Source: an uncultured Nitrospiraceae bacterium
GTDB lineage: Bacteria; Nitrospirota; Nitrospiria; Nitrospirales; UBA2166
Length of the DNA stretch: 64,000 nucleotides
Assembly (NCBI GenBank): GCA_964463965.1
Contig: CAYXED010000004.1
Location: 124,758-188,757, forward strand
Reading direction: 5' to 3'
How positions within the stretch are numbered: the first letter of the stretch is position 1; every line of letters begins with the position of its first letter. A model generated the notes under the pieces. That model saw only the letters and a list, made by a program, of their open reading frames with translations, was not told where the DNA came from and did not search any database. Below, in pieces: positions 27,821-36,218 of the stretch. Position numbers and translations under genes: made by a program.

Positions 27821-29560
27821 ATGAGTACTAGATTGAAAATTATGTTAACTGGCCTGCTTGTGCTCCTGACCGTTACTCCTGGAGTGACATGGGCAGGAAA
27901 GATAAAAGTTGTGCCACTACAAAACCCCAACCCTCAGATAATCTCTTGGTTTGGTTGGTCAGTCCAATCTGTTGGTGACTTGAATGGTGACGCAGTCCCT
28001 GATTTGGCGGTGAGCGCACCTCAGCAGTCGGTGAGCGGCATTGCTCAGCAAGGGACGGTACGCATTTTTTCAGGAGCCGATAGAACCTTTCTTTTTACGT
28101 TAGATAGCCCCGTATCTGGGTTTGGCGCGATCTTTGGAGAAGCAATACGCGCAGTGGGTGATGTAAATGGTGATGGACGCCCTGATATTCTGGTCGGTGC
28201 ACGTCTTCAGAGTATTGATGGAAATGATGGGCAAGGTCAGGCGTATGTGTTTTCTGGTATGGATGGGAGCTGGTTAGGAGTGACATTAAAGGCCCCTATT
28301 CCTCAGGGAGGGGCATTTTTTGGAGCGGCATTAGCAACAATCAATGATCAAAATCAAGATGGAAAGCGGGATGTTATCGTTGGTGCTCCTCAGCAGTCAT
28401 TTGGGGACAATCAAAGTGAAGGTGCGGTGTTTGTGATGTCACCGGTAAATGGGCAATTGCTTTCGATTCTCTTGCATCCTAACCCTCAAACTAGGGCCTC
28501 ATTTGGCTTTGCCGTCGAATCACTTGGTGACGTTAATGGGGACGCGGTAACAGACTTTGCTGTTTCAGCCCCTTTCCAAATAGTGGAGGGACGTCCTTCT
28601 CAGGGACAGGTATACGTGTTCTCAGGTGCGAACAGGCAACGGTTGTACACGCTTAATACTCCAGAACCAATCCCAAGTGCGCGTTTTGGCTTTGCCGTCG
28701 CTGCAATGGGAGATGTGAATAACGATGGTATTGGCGATATTCTTGTTGGAGCCCCTACGGCCGATCTTCCATCCATTCGCAACGCTGGACGAGCGTTTAT
28801 CTCTTCGGGTGCAGATGGGACAGTTTTGCACGTCCTTAATGATCCATCTCCAGTAGAAAATGGGATGTTCGGGGCAGCACTTGCCTCGCCAGGTGATTTT
28901 GATGGGGATGGGGTTACAGATGTTGCGATTGGCGCTCCAGCGCCGGTAAGCAGTAGTCAGGGAGTATTTAGCACTGGGGAGGTGTTGCTGTTTAGCGGAG
29001 CCACGGGCAACCATTTGCTGACCGTGAATGATCCTTCGCCTGAATCGGGATCGACCTTTGGTTTTTCGATAGTAGGAGCGGGAGACGTTGATAAGGATGG
29101 AGTCTCCGACTTGTTAATTGGGGCGCCATTTCATGACGTTACTGTTGATGGCACGGTGGTAGAATCGGTAGGCAATGCCTTTGTTTTTAGGAAACTGTCA
29201 CCCGACCTCAAAGGGAAAATTATTGAAGTCGTGAATACGACAGATGTATCTGGGCAAGATCGTTTATTCTTCACGGTGGAAGTGAAAAATAAAGGGACAG
29301 TCAAAACGACTGTGCCATTTAGGATCAAAGCTCATATTTCAAATGACTCTGTTTACGATGGTGGAAAGATTGACCCAAAGCTCGAAAAATGGAAAATATC
29401 GCAACCATTGCTCCCCGGAGAAAAAGTGGTTCTTGATGGGGCGGTAGCATTTGATGAATCTGTAGCTGGAAAGTTTTTTATTTTGAGGGTAGATCCTAGT
29501 AAAAAAATCAAGGAAGGTAAGGAGAAGAACAACACAAAGAGTATCAGAATCGTCCGCTGA
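27821..29560 (+). CDS. Secreted FG-GAP (integrin-alpha-like) 7-blade propeller + CARDB-like domain
   Basis: Signal peptide; seven FG...D[NDK]xDG...GAP-type repeats with Ca-binding loops; C-terminal PDL...V.N.G...E..E.NN domain. Confidence 0.9.
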   Translation: MSTRLKIMLTGLLVLLTVTPGVTWAGKIKVVPLQNPNPQIISWFGWSVQSVGDLNGDAVPDLAVSAPQQSVSGIAQQGTVRIFSGADRTFLFTLDSPVSGFGAIFGEAIRAVGDVNGDGRPDILVGARLQSIDGNDGQGQAYVFSGMDGSWLGVTLKAPIPQGGAFFGAALATINDQNQDGKRDVIVGAPQQSFGDNQSEGAVFVMSPVNGQLLSILLHPNPQTRASFGFAVESLGDVNGDAVTDFAVSAPFQIVEGRPSQGQVYVFSGANRQRLYTLNTPEPIPSARFGFAVAAMGDVNNDGIGDILVGAPTADLPSIRNAGRAFISSGADGTVLHVLNDPSPVENGMFGAALASPGDFDGDGVTDVAIGAPAPVSSSQGVFSTGEVLLFSGATGNHLLTVNDPSPESGSTFGFSIVGAGDVDKDGVSDLLIGAPFHDVTVDGTVVESVGNAFVFRKLSPDLKGKIIEVVNTTDVSGQDRLFFTVEVKNKGTVKTTVPFRIKAHISNDSVYDGGKIDPKLEKWKISQPLLPGEKVVLDGAVAFDESVAGKFFILRVDPSKKIKEGKEKNNTKSIRIVR

Positions 29561-29585
29561 GTACCGAAGCGGTTATATTGGCCAC

Positions 29586-30662
29586 CTACCTGTCTTTGGT
29601 ATTGCCAATCACGCTACCGTGAGTTTGCTCGCCGCGGGATAATTTTTGTCTGACAGCCGCGCTTTTCAAATAGTATAGTATATTTTCTTGGTTCATGAGG
29701 ACGCGGAGTAATGTGTCGCCTAAAAATCCTGTGATGAGAGTTGATACACCGAGCAACGTAAATGACCCTCCGACAAAGCCTGCCCAAATGTGAGGGGAAA
29801 ATGCTTGTGTTTCGATGTAATGGATTCCGAGAAAACCAAGAAAGCCCAATCCTGTTGCGAGAAAGAGAAAGCTCACTGCAACAAAAAATCTTAGCGGGTG
29901 GTAAGCAATAAACGCACGAATCATGATTTGCAATGTTTGCACGGCGTATCTTGTAATGCTCGATGTCATTCTTGATGTACCGTGCTCACGGGTTCCTTTC
30001 ACGCGGACTGGCACTTCAATAATTGCTAATCGCTTTACGACGAGATCAAGAAAAGTTTCCTGCGTATAGGTAAAGCGGCCAAACAGGGTCATGCGGAGCA
30101 TCGCTTCTCGTGAGAATGCTCGAAAGCCACAGGAAACGTCATGAAAAGATTTGCCAGTTAACAGCCTAACTGTTAGTGCGAGCCCACGGTTTCCCCAATA
30201 TTTAATCAATGGCATTTTTGGCACAAGTTCCGGATTGATAAAACGTGACGCTGTGGCCATGTGAGCGCTGCTTTTCACAATAGGGGCCACAAGAGTGGGG
30301 ATGTCTGTTGGATCAAACTGACCATCTCCATCTATGTGGATCAGGACGTCGATTCCACGTATCAGCGCAACGCTAACTGCTTCACGAAATGTTATGCCGA
30401 GACCAAGGTTAGTGGTGTGGCTGATCACTTCAGCTCCAGCTGCACGTGCTCGATTGACGGTTTCATCAGATGACCCGTCATCAATGACAAGTACTTGTAT
30501 GCTGCTGATTCCTGGAATATTTTTTGGAATGTTTTTAATCACCCTACCAACAGTCTGTTCTTCGTTTAGGCAAGGAATGACGACGAGTGCTGATTTGTAG
30601 TATTGATCATGGAGTGATGGTGAAGCTATATTTTCCGTGAATTGTTCGGATTGGAGTGACAT
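29586..30662 (-). CDS. GT2 glycosyltransferase, polyprenol-phosphate-sugar synthase (DPM1/GtrB)-like
   Basis: IPCLNEE, IDDGSSD, IDGDGQFDP (DxD), ASRF, DVSCGFRAF; two C-terminal TM helices. Confidence 0.85.
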   Translation of the reverse strand: MSLQSEQFTENIASPSLHDQYYKSALVVIPCLNEEQTVGRVIKNIPKNIPGISSIQVLVIDDGSSDETVNRARAAGAEVISHTTNLGLGITFREAVSVALIRGIDVLIHIDGDGQFDPTDIPTLVAPIVKSSAHMATASRFINPELVPKMPLIKYWGNRGLALTVRLLTGKSFHDVSCGFRAFSREAMLRMTLFGRFTYTQETFLDLVVKRLAIIEVPVRVKGTREHGTSRMTSSITRYAVQTLQIMIRAFIAYHPLRFFVAVSFLFLATGLGFLGFLGIHYIETQAFSPHIWAGFVGGSFTLLGVSTLITGFLGDTLLRVLMNQENILYYLKSAAVRQKLSRGEQTHGSVIGNTKDR

Positions 30663-30923
30663 TTTACTGTTCGCGGTGTGGAGAGACCTAACGCCTTAAG
30701 TGATACTTGTTTTGAGTTAGTCTGGCTTGACCATTGTGAATACCAAGTATAGTGATCATACCTCACGTGTTGTCGTAATGACAGCATATTTTGCTAAACA
30801 GGAAACAGGAAGCAAGAAAAAGAGGGACGAGGTTTCTAAAAACTCATTACGGATGCTGTGGGAAGTTTCCCGTACATGTGAGGATGTTTTTGGTATGAGT
30901 TGTCAAAAAGGGTGTAGCTTCTG

Positions 30924-33080
30924 ATGAGTGTTTCTTTCCTCTATTGGGCTAGGCCGCTTTCATTGCTTGTGTTTGTGGGGGCAATATATTGGAGCTCACT
31001 TAACGGTCCTTTTGTTTTTGACGATTGGCATGTCATTGCTGAAAATCCATCGATTCGACAACTGAACAACATTCCGCTTTTCTTCGTTGATCAAACTCAT
31101 TTCTCGATATTAAGTGGCAATCAAGGATATCGCCCGATCTTTTTAACATCGATGGCCTTGTGTTGGTGGGCTGGTGGTGGTGCGCCCTTGCCTTTTCACC
31201 TACTTAGCATGGTGCTTCACGCCAGTAATGCATTTTTACTGATACTGATTTGTTGTGTGGCATTCACAAAATCCAGTGATCCTAAAGGAGGACTATCCAG
31301 CTCCTCTGTAGAGTGGGGAGCGTGGTTATCGGGGGCTCTATTTGCGCTCCATCCGCTCGCTACAGAGTCAATCAATTACGCCAGTTCTCAATCGGTACCT
31401 CTCGCAAGTGCATTTTTTCTCATAAGTCTCTACCTGTTTATGGCAGTCTATAGCGGGGCGGAATCCTTTTCTAGGAGGGCAAAATGGGTGTATCTTTGCG
31501 TATGCTACGTGTCCTATGGGCTTGCGCTACTTAGTAAGCCGATAGCTATTTCTCTTCCAGTAATCGTCTTACTTTGGGAGTTTTTGGGGCATTACGTACA
31601 TGAAAGTATCCAGAAGGCGTGGAAGCAATGGTGGAAAGCACATTGGAAGAGATTTGTCCCATATGTGGTTATTTCAATGGCATACTTATGGGTGCGGTCT
31701 GCCGTGGTGTTGGGGCCGTTTGGCGGCCCAGAGTTTATAAGGCCAATTTTTGATCACTACCTGACTCAGACCAAAGCACTAGTTTTTTACTACCTCAAGC
31801 TCTCACTCTTGCTAGGAAAGCAAAACGTCGATGTGGTGTATTCGATTTCGAACTCCCTATTTGATCTACAAGTTATCGCCGCACTTGTTTTTCTGTGCGG
31901 AATCATTTGGACTTTAGTTTTGTTTAGGCATCAACGTAATGTTGTTTTCTGGTCGCTGTGGTTTCCTGTCTGTCTTTTTCTCACTACTTATGGGGTAGTT
32001 CTTCGCCAAGTTGTAAATGAGCATCGGGTATATCTGTCTCTTGCCGGACTGTGTGCCTTGTTTGGATTTCTTGCCGTCAAGGGTTGGGAGCAATTGCAAT
32101 CTAGTGGTGTTGTATTTGGGCAGCGTAAAGTTTTGTCGTATGCAGCTTCTTTTGGAGTTGTGATTGGTCTTATGGGGATGGCTTACCATGCCAGTGCACG
32201 AAGCAATGTATGGGAATCACGATTAACGTTGTGGGGAGACGCAGCACGCAATGGGGGTACATGGCGAGCGCACATGAACTATGGGATTCAATTGCGAGGA
32301 ATGGGGCGCTTACAGGAGTCGGCAGAGTGGCTTGAAAGGGCTGTGGAAAATGGACCTTACGCTTTTGCACACATTAATTTGGGATTAACGTATTTTGAGT
32401 TGGGGGAAACCGATGAAGCTTTGGGACATTTGTATAGTGCAACTATGGGGTGGCCGATGGCTCCAGAGCCATGGTTTTATCTTGGGTACGTTCAGAATAA
32501 AATTGGGGATTATGTGCGAGCTGAATTGAACTACCTTCGCGCACTTAAGCTGAGGCCACGATATCTTACAGCGCTACGAGAATTGGCAGACTTTTATGCT
32601 GCACAAAAACTTCAGGAGGATGAAAGGATCGTGTTGCAGTACATTCTTGCGCTTGATTCGACTCAGTTATGGGCTAGGAGTCGTATCGGTGAGTTTGAAA
32701 ATTTTCAGTCATCTCTGGATTCTACGGCATCTGCCCGTCTATTTACGCAAGCGTTGTTGTTGCAGCATTTGGGTAGTTCAGATTTAGCAATCCAACGATA
32801 TGAGAGACTTTTGTTACATGAACCAGGTCATAGGCAGGGAACGTTTAATCTTGCCTATGCGTATATGTTGCAGGGTGGTTCTGGTTCCCTGATTAAAAGT
32901 GCTGGATTGTTTAAGAAAGTGCTAGAAATTGAACCGTTGTATGTGGAAGCGCTCCACCATCTGGCAACAGTATTATGGAAGGTAGGAGAAAAAGAAGAAG
33001 CAATAGTGTACGATATGAAGTACTTGGAAAAGGGCCAGCATGTTGACTTGAGGAAGCTTTCAAAAACTCGCCTTCAGTAG
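30924..33080 (+). CDS. TMTC-like GT-C membrane glycosyltransferase with C-terminal TPRs
   Basis: FVFDD, YRPI, FHLL..LHA.N, LFALHPLATE, EHRVYL, W.....LW, then TPR helices; multiple TM segments. Confidence 0.82.
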   Translation: MSVSFLYWARPLSLLVFVGAIYWSSLNGPFVFDDWHVIAENPSIRQLNNIPLFFVDQTHFSILSGNQGYRPIFLTSMALCWWAGGGAPLPFHLLSMVLHASNAFLLILICCVAFTKSSDPKGGLSSSSVEWGAWLSGALFALHPLATESINYASSQSVPLASAFFLISLYLFMAVYSGAESFSRRAKWVYLCVCYVSYGLALLSKPIAISLPVIVLLWEFLGHYVHESIQKAWKQWWKAHWKRFVPYVVISMAYLWVRSAVVLGPFGGPEFIRPIFDHYLTQTKALVFYYLKLSLLLGKQNVDVVYSISNSLFDLQVIAALVFLCGIIWTLVLFRHQRNVVFWSLWFPVCLFLTTYGVVLRQVVNEHRVYLSLAGLCALFGFLAVKGWEQLQSSGVVFGQRKVLSYAASFGVVIGLMGMAYHASARSNVWESRLTLWGDAARNGGTWRAHMNYGIQLRGMGRLQESAEWLERAVENGPYAFAHINLGLTYFELGETDEALGHLYSATMGWPMAPEPWFYLGYVQNKIGDYVRAELNYLRALKLRPRYLTALRELADFYAAQKLQEDERIVLQYILALDSTQLWARSRIGEFENFQSSLDSTASARLFTQALLLQHLGSSDLAIQRYERLLLHEPGHRQGTFNLAYAYMLQGGSGSLIKSAGLFKKVLEIEPLYVEALHHLATVLWKVGEKEEAIVYDMKYLEKGQHVDLRKLSKTRLQ

Positions 33081-33286
33081 CTGTAGGGGCGCGATTTGTT
33101 TTGTTGTTAACGTTAGGTACTTCAAGAGATTGTTGATTTTATGTGGTGCATTGCATATGAGGTTTGGAGTGGTTTTGTTTTTTGGGGAGACTAGTGGGGT
33201 TTTGTCAGAATCTTTGAGAAGCTAAAATGCGATCTTGTGGGAGGTTGGGGAAAAAATGGAACATGAAAGAAAAACCAAAATTTTCC

Positions 33287-33315
33287 TTGACATGGGGCGT
33301 ATCGATATAGATAAT
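33287..33315 (+). promoter_or_regulatory. Strong sigma70 promoter for collagen-like lipoprotein 2
   Basis: TTGACA-N17-GATAAT; second TTGACA-N17-CAAAAT at 33373-33401. Confidence 0.6.
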
Positions 33316-33548
33316 GCGCTAGCCGTCGAGGCGGGTGGCGTGCGCGATTTGCATCCACGGGCAATTTTTTTCTTGACAGTGGATGATGCTTAACTCAAAA
33401 TGCGTTCGTCATTTCCTTCGGGCGGCTTGTGCTATGGAAATGAGTGGCCTTAGAAAATGAACGGGGGGGAAATGGGAAAGGAACATGAGGTTCAACCATG
33501 TTGTTAGGTAACAGAGAATGGAATCATCAAATAAGGAGGATTGAACCA

Positions 33549-35633
33549 ATGGGGAGAATGAGAGCGACGGGGAAAACCGGACGAGCATCTTCAGGCTTCT
33601 TGCTTGTGCTGGGTGCTGTGGCGCTTGGTTTGGTGCTGGTAGGATGTTCTGGTGAAGATGGGTTGGTTGGTCCTGCAGGGCCGGCCGGACCTCCAGGACC
33701 AGCTGGAGCAGTAGGACCGGCGGGTGCTGATGGTGCCGCAGGGGCAGCAGGACCAGCGGGTGCACGTGGTGCAGCAGGACCAGCAGGACCAGCAGGACCA
33801 TCGGGTCCAGCAGGTGCTGATGGATCCGCAGGATCCGCAGGAGCTGCAGGAGCTGCAGGAGCTGCAGGATCTGGCACTGTTGTTCCGGGTGCTGCGTTAG
33901 CATCAGGAAAGGCCATTAAAGGGCCTATCGTTAATGGAACTGTTGTTCTGTCTATTTATGCGGACAACAATGGGGGAACCTGCCCAACTGTCGCCCCAAC
34001 GACAGTAGTGGGTACTTCAGGTGCCCTTGAGCGTTGCACTATTGGTGCTTCTGGAACGACGGACGCAAATGGTGGTTTCGCGCTGACCATTCCAGATGAC
34101 CAGTCTTCGTTGGTTGGTCCGCTTCACGTGGAAGTCTTTAACGGGACATTCATCGACGAAGTGACCGGTTTGACCAACACTGGGCCGCAGGGACCTGGAA
34201 TTAACTCGAAGCTGCGTACTCTCGTTCCGCTTGAGTACTTGGATGATCTGAGACCAGCCGGTGGTGCTGCGAACGTTGTCACTGTGGCTATTAGCGCCTT
34301 GACTGAGTTGGCCGCGACAAGAGCTCTTGGGGCTGGTACTGGAACCCCAACCGCTGGTCAGGCGCATGCTGCCAATACTCAAACAGCATCGCTCTTTTCT
34401 TTGGACGATATTGATATTGCCAGAACGCTTCCTTCGGATATCACGAATCCTGCTTCATCTTCTGATTCCGATGAATCAAAGCGTTATGGTATTGTCAATG
34501 CCGCTTTCTCTCAGCTAGCTCAGGTCGTCGAGGGTGACCAAGACGTCCTGGATATCGTGAGAGTTGTTGGTCTTGACTATCAAGATGGTATTTTTGATGC
34601 TAAGGGACGTCTTACGAGTCCTTCTGATGCTGCTCTGACGTTACCGGGTGCTTCCAGGAAGATTCCGGCGGCTACCATGGGGCCAACATTGGCAGCAGCT
34701 ATTGAAACCATTCAGTCGAGTTCGGTAAACAATACCGGCACCACGCTTGATGCAGCGGCTGTAGCGACCGTTCGTGGCGCACATCTCGCTTCAAATAACA
34801 TTCTGACTTTGACCGATAACGGCTGTATCGTGGCAGATGCACGGTTGCCTTCTGGTTCGTTTATCTTTACGCGTGCTATCTCTACGGGTATTGCGACACT
34901 GCGTAACGCATTTGGTGGTAATGGTTCGGTGGATGGCTCTGGTTTTCGCGCCGTTGGTACCGACAATAACGCAAATACCTTTTTCTCTGCGCAGTCTGTG
35001 AATATTCGTTGTGTCTTGGCAAACTTCTCACAGGGTGCCACCGCGCTTGGTGATCGTGGTTCTGGACAGATTACCGTCAGTCCTCGGTTTACCATTCGTG
35101 ATGCGACAGCTGACGATGCCACCAATAGTCTCGCGGCTGCAGCGCACGGAACCGGTTCTAAGAGAACTGTCACCGGTACTTTGTCTGCTATGACAATCAA
35201 CAACAACCCAACGGGTGTAACTGGGTCTCAGCCTGAGGGTACGACTATCACAATTACCGGTATGCGTGATGTCAATGGCAGCACCATCAGAATTGACACG
35301 CCACTTCCGCCATCATCGATCCTGAACCAGGGCGGAAATGTTGTTCGGTTTGTTCCGAATGCGTTGATTGGTGCTCTAAGTGCCAAGGGATTATCGCAAT
35401 TTGATACTCTGGCGAAGGACGGTATTTTTGTCTATGAAGTGACACCGGGCTTCCCAGTATACTTGCATGCCAATGCTGGCAGCACGACTGAGAGCAATGC
35501 ACCACCGGCGGCCCGTCCACAGACCTGTAATGGTAATCCGGATGGAACGACGACTACGAGTGGTACTGGTTTCAGTGGTACATCGTGTGTCAGTGTTACA
35601 ACAGTCAGAGGATCTTTGGAGGTCAAGCAGTAA
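33549..35633 (+). CDS. Collagen-like surface lipoprotein 2 (paralog of 25922-27688)
   Basis: RBS AAGGAGGA 8 nt before ATG 33549; lipobox LVG|C; 25 uninterrupted Gly-X-Y triplets; SGKAIKGPI domain. Confidence 0.85.
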   Translation: MGRMRATGKTGRASSGFLLVLGAVALGLVLVGCSGEDGLVGPAGPAGPPGPAGAVGPAGADGAAGAAGPAGARGAAGPAGPAGPSGPAGADGSAGSAGAAGAAGAAGSGTVVPGAALASGKAIKGPIVNGTVVLSIYADNNGGTCPTVAPTTVVGTSGALERCTIGASGTTDANGGFALTIPDDQSSLVGPLHVEVFNGTFIDEVTGLTNTGPQGPGINSKLRTLVPLEYLDDLRPAGGAANVVTVAISALTELAATRALGAGTGTPTAGQAHAANTQTASLFSLDDIDIARTLPSDITNPASSSDSDESKRYGIVNAAFSQLAQVVEGDQDVLDIVRVVGLDYQDGIFDAKGRLTSPSDAALTLPGASRKIPAATMGPTLAAAIETIQSSSVNNTGTTLDAAAVATVRGAHLASNNILTLTDNGCIVADARLPSGSFIFTRAISTGIATLRNAFGGNGSVDGSGFRAVGTDNNANTFFSAQSVNIRCVLANFSQGATALGDRGSGQITVSPRFTIRDATADDATNSLAAAAHGTGSKRTVTGTLSAMTINNNPTGVTGSQPEGTTITITGMRDVNGSTIRIDTPLPPSSILNQGGNVVRFVPNALIGALSAKGLSQFDTLAKDGIFVYEVTPGFPVYLHANAGSTTESNAPPAARPQTCNGNPDGTTTTSGTGFSGTSCVSVTTVRGSLEVKQ
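33651..33875 (+). repeat. Collagen Gly-X-Y coding repeat
   Basis: 25 triplets, including (GCAGGAGCT)x3 at 33837-33863. Confidence 0.9.
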
Positions 35634-35691
35634 GCCAAAGATCTGCTAAGCTGATCGGCGTTTCTTTAGGTCGGTTAGTTTAAGAACATCG

Positions 35692-35730
35692 ATGGGCCTA
35701 CCGTGTTATGCGGTAGGCCCATTTGTTTTT
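35692..35730 (+). terminator. Intrinsic terminator
   Basis: Perfect 12-bp stem ATGGGCCTACCG/CGGTAGGCCCAT, loop TGTTATG, then TTGTTTTT. Confidence 0.88.
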
Positions 35731-36013
35731 ACACTCCACTAAGAACTGTCACAAATTCCTCTACTTTTGCGCTCTCTGTATTAATTCTGTATCCAGATTG
35801 ATACGACAATCTAGGAAAATGTACTAAAAGAGCTACAGTGGCCAGGTTTTGATAGGTGGAGTTTTCTTTCCCCTGCGGGACTGACTCGTATTCTTCTTTG
35901 TTAATACGGTATTTTAAGGTTGCAATGTGTAAAACTATATACATATTTGAATTGGCATATAATATGCATACATATTGGTCAGTATTTCTTTTTCAAGTAG
36001 AACATTAAATTAG

Positions 36014-36075
36014 AGTGACAAACTTACGACACATTACGACAAAAGTTTGACATTTTATGTGGCACCGCGTATGGT
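36014..36075 (+). promoter_or_regulatory. Sigma70 promoter with four helically phased GACA repeats overlapping -35
   Basis: GACA at 36017, 36028, 36038, 36049; TTGACA(36047)-N17-TATGGT(36070). Confidence 0.55.
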
Positions 36076-36218
36076 AGGCGGACTTGTATATAGGTGGGTA
36101 GGCAATCGGGGGGATGGTCTATCTAAATATTAAGCAATTTGTGGACATGTAAATCATATCGGAGACGTATGGCAGATGTGCTTTTATCTGGCCAGCCTGA
36201 TTTCTAGGAGGAGTAACG

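Noticed and set aside
33316-33548. Riboswitch in the 5' leader of collagen gene 2
   Set aside because: A TCATTTCC/GGAAATGA stem exists, but I could not match conserved cores of c-di-GMP, TPP, SAM or glycine riboswitches; an Rfam scan would settle it.
34120-34135. Second parS-like sequence CGCTTCACGTGGAAGT
   Set aside because: Four mismatches in the conserved outer arms; explained by coding (PLHVEV).
25922-35633. Collagen lipoproteins as MtrC/OmcA-type multiheme cytochromes, which can have similar N-termini
   Set aside because: No CxxCH motifs; Cys residues occur as spaced pairs consistent with disulfides.
35729-35944. 71-aa minus-strand ORF between collagen gene 2 and the Kelch gene
   Set aside because: No RBS or recognisable motif; lies in an AT-rich spacer. 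Cannot be fully excluded.
35953-35968. Sigma54-like TGGCATATAATATGCA
   Set aside because: GG-N10-GC spacing fits but flanks deviate, and a better sigma70 promoter lies closer to the gene.
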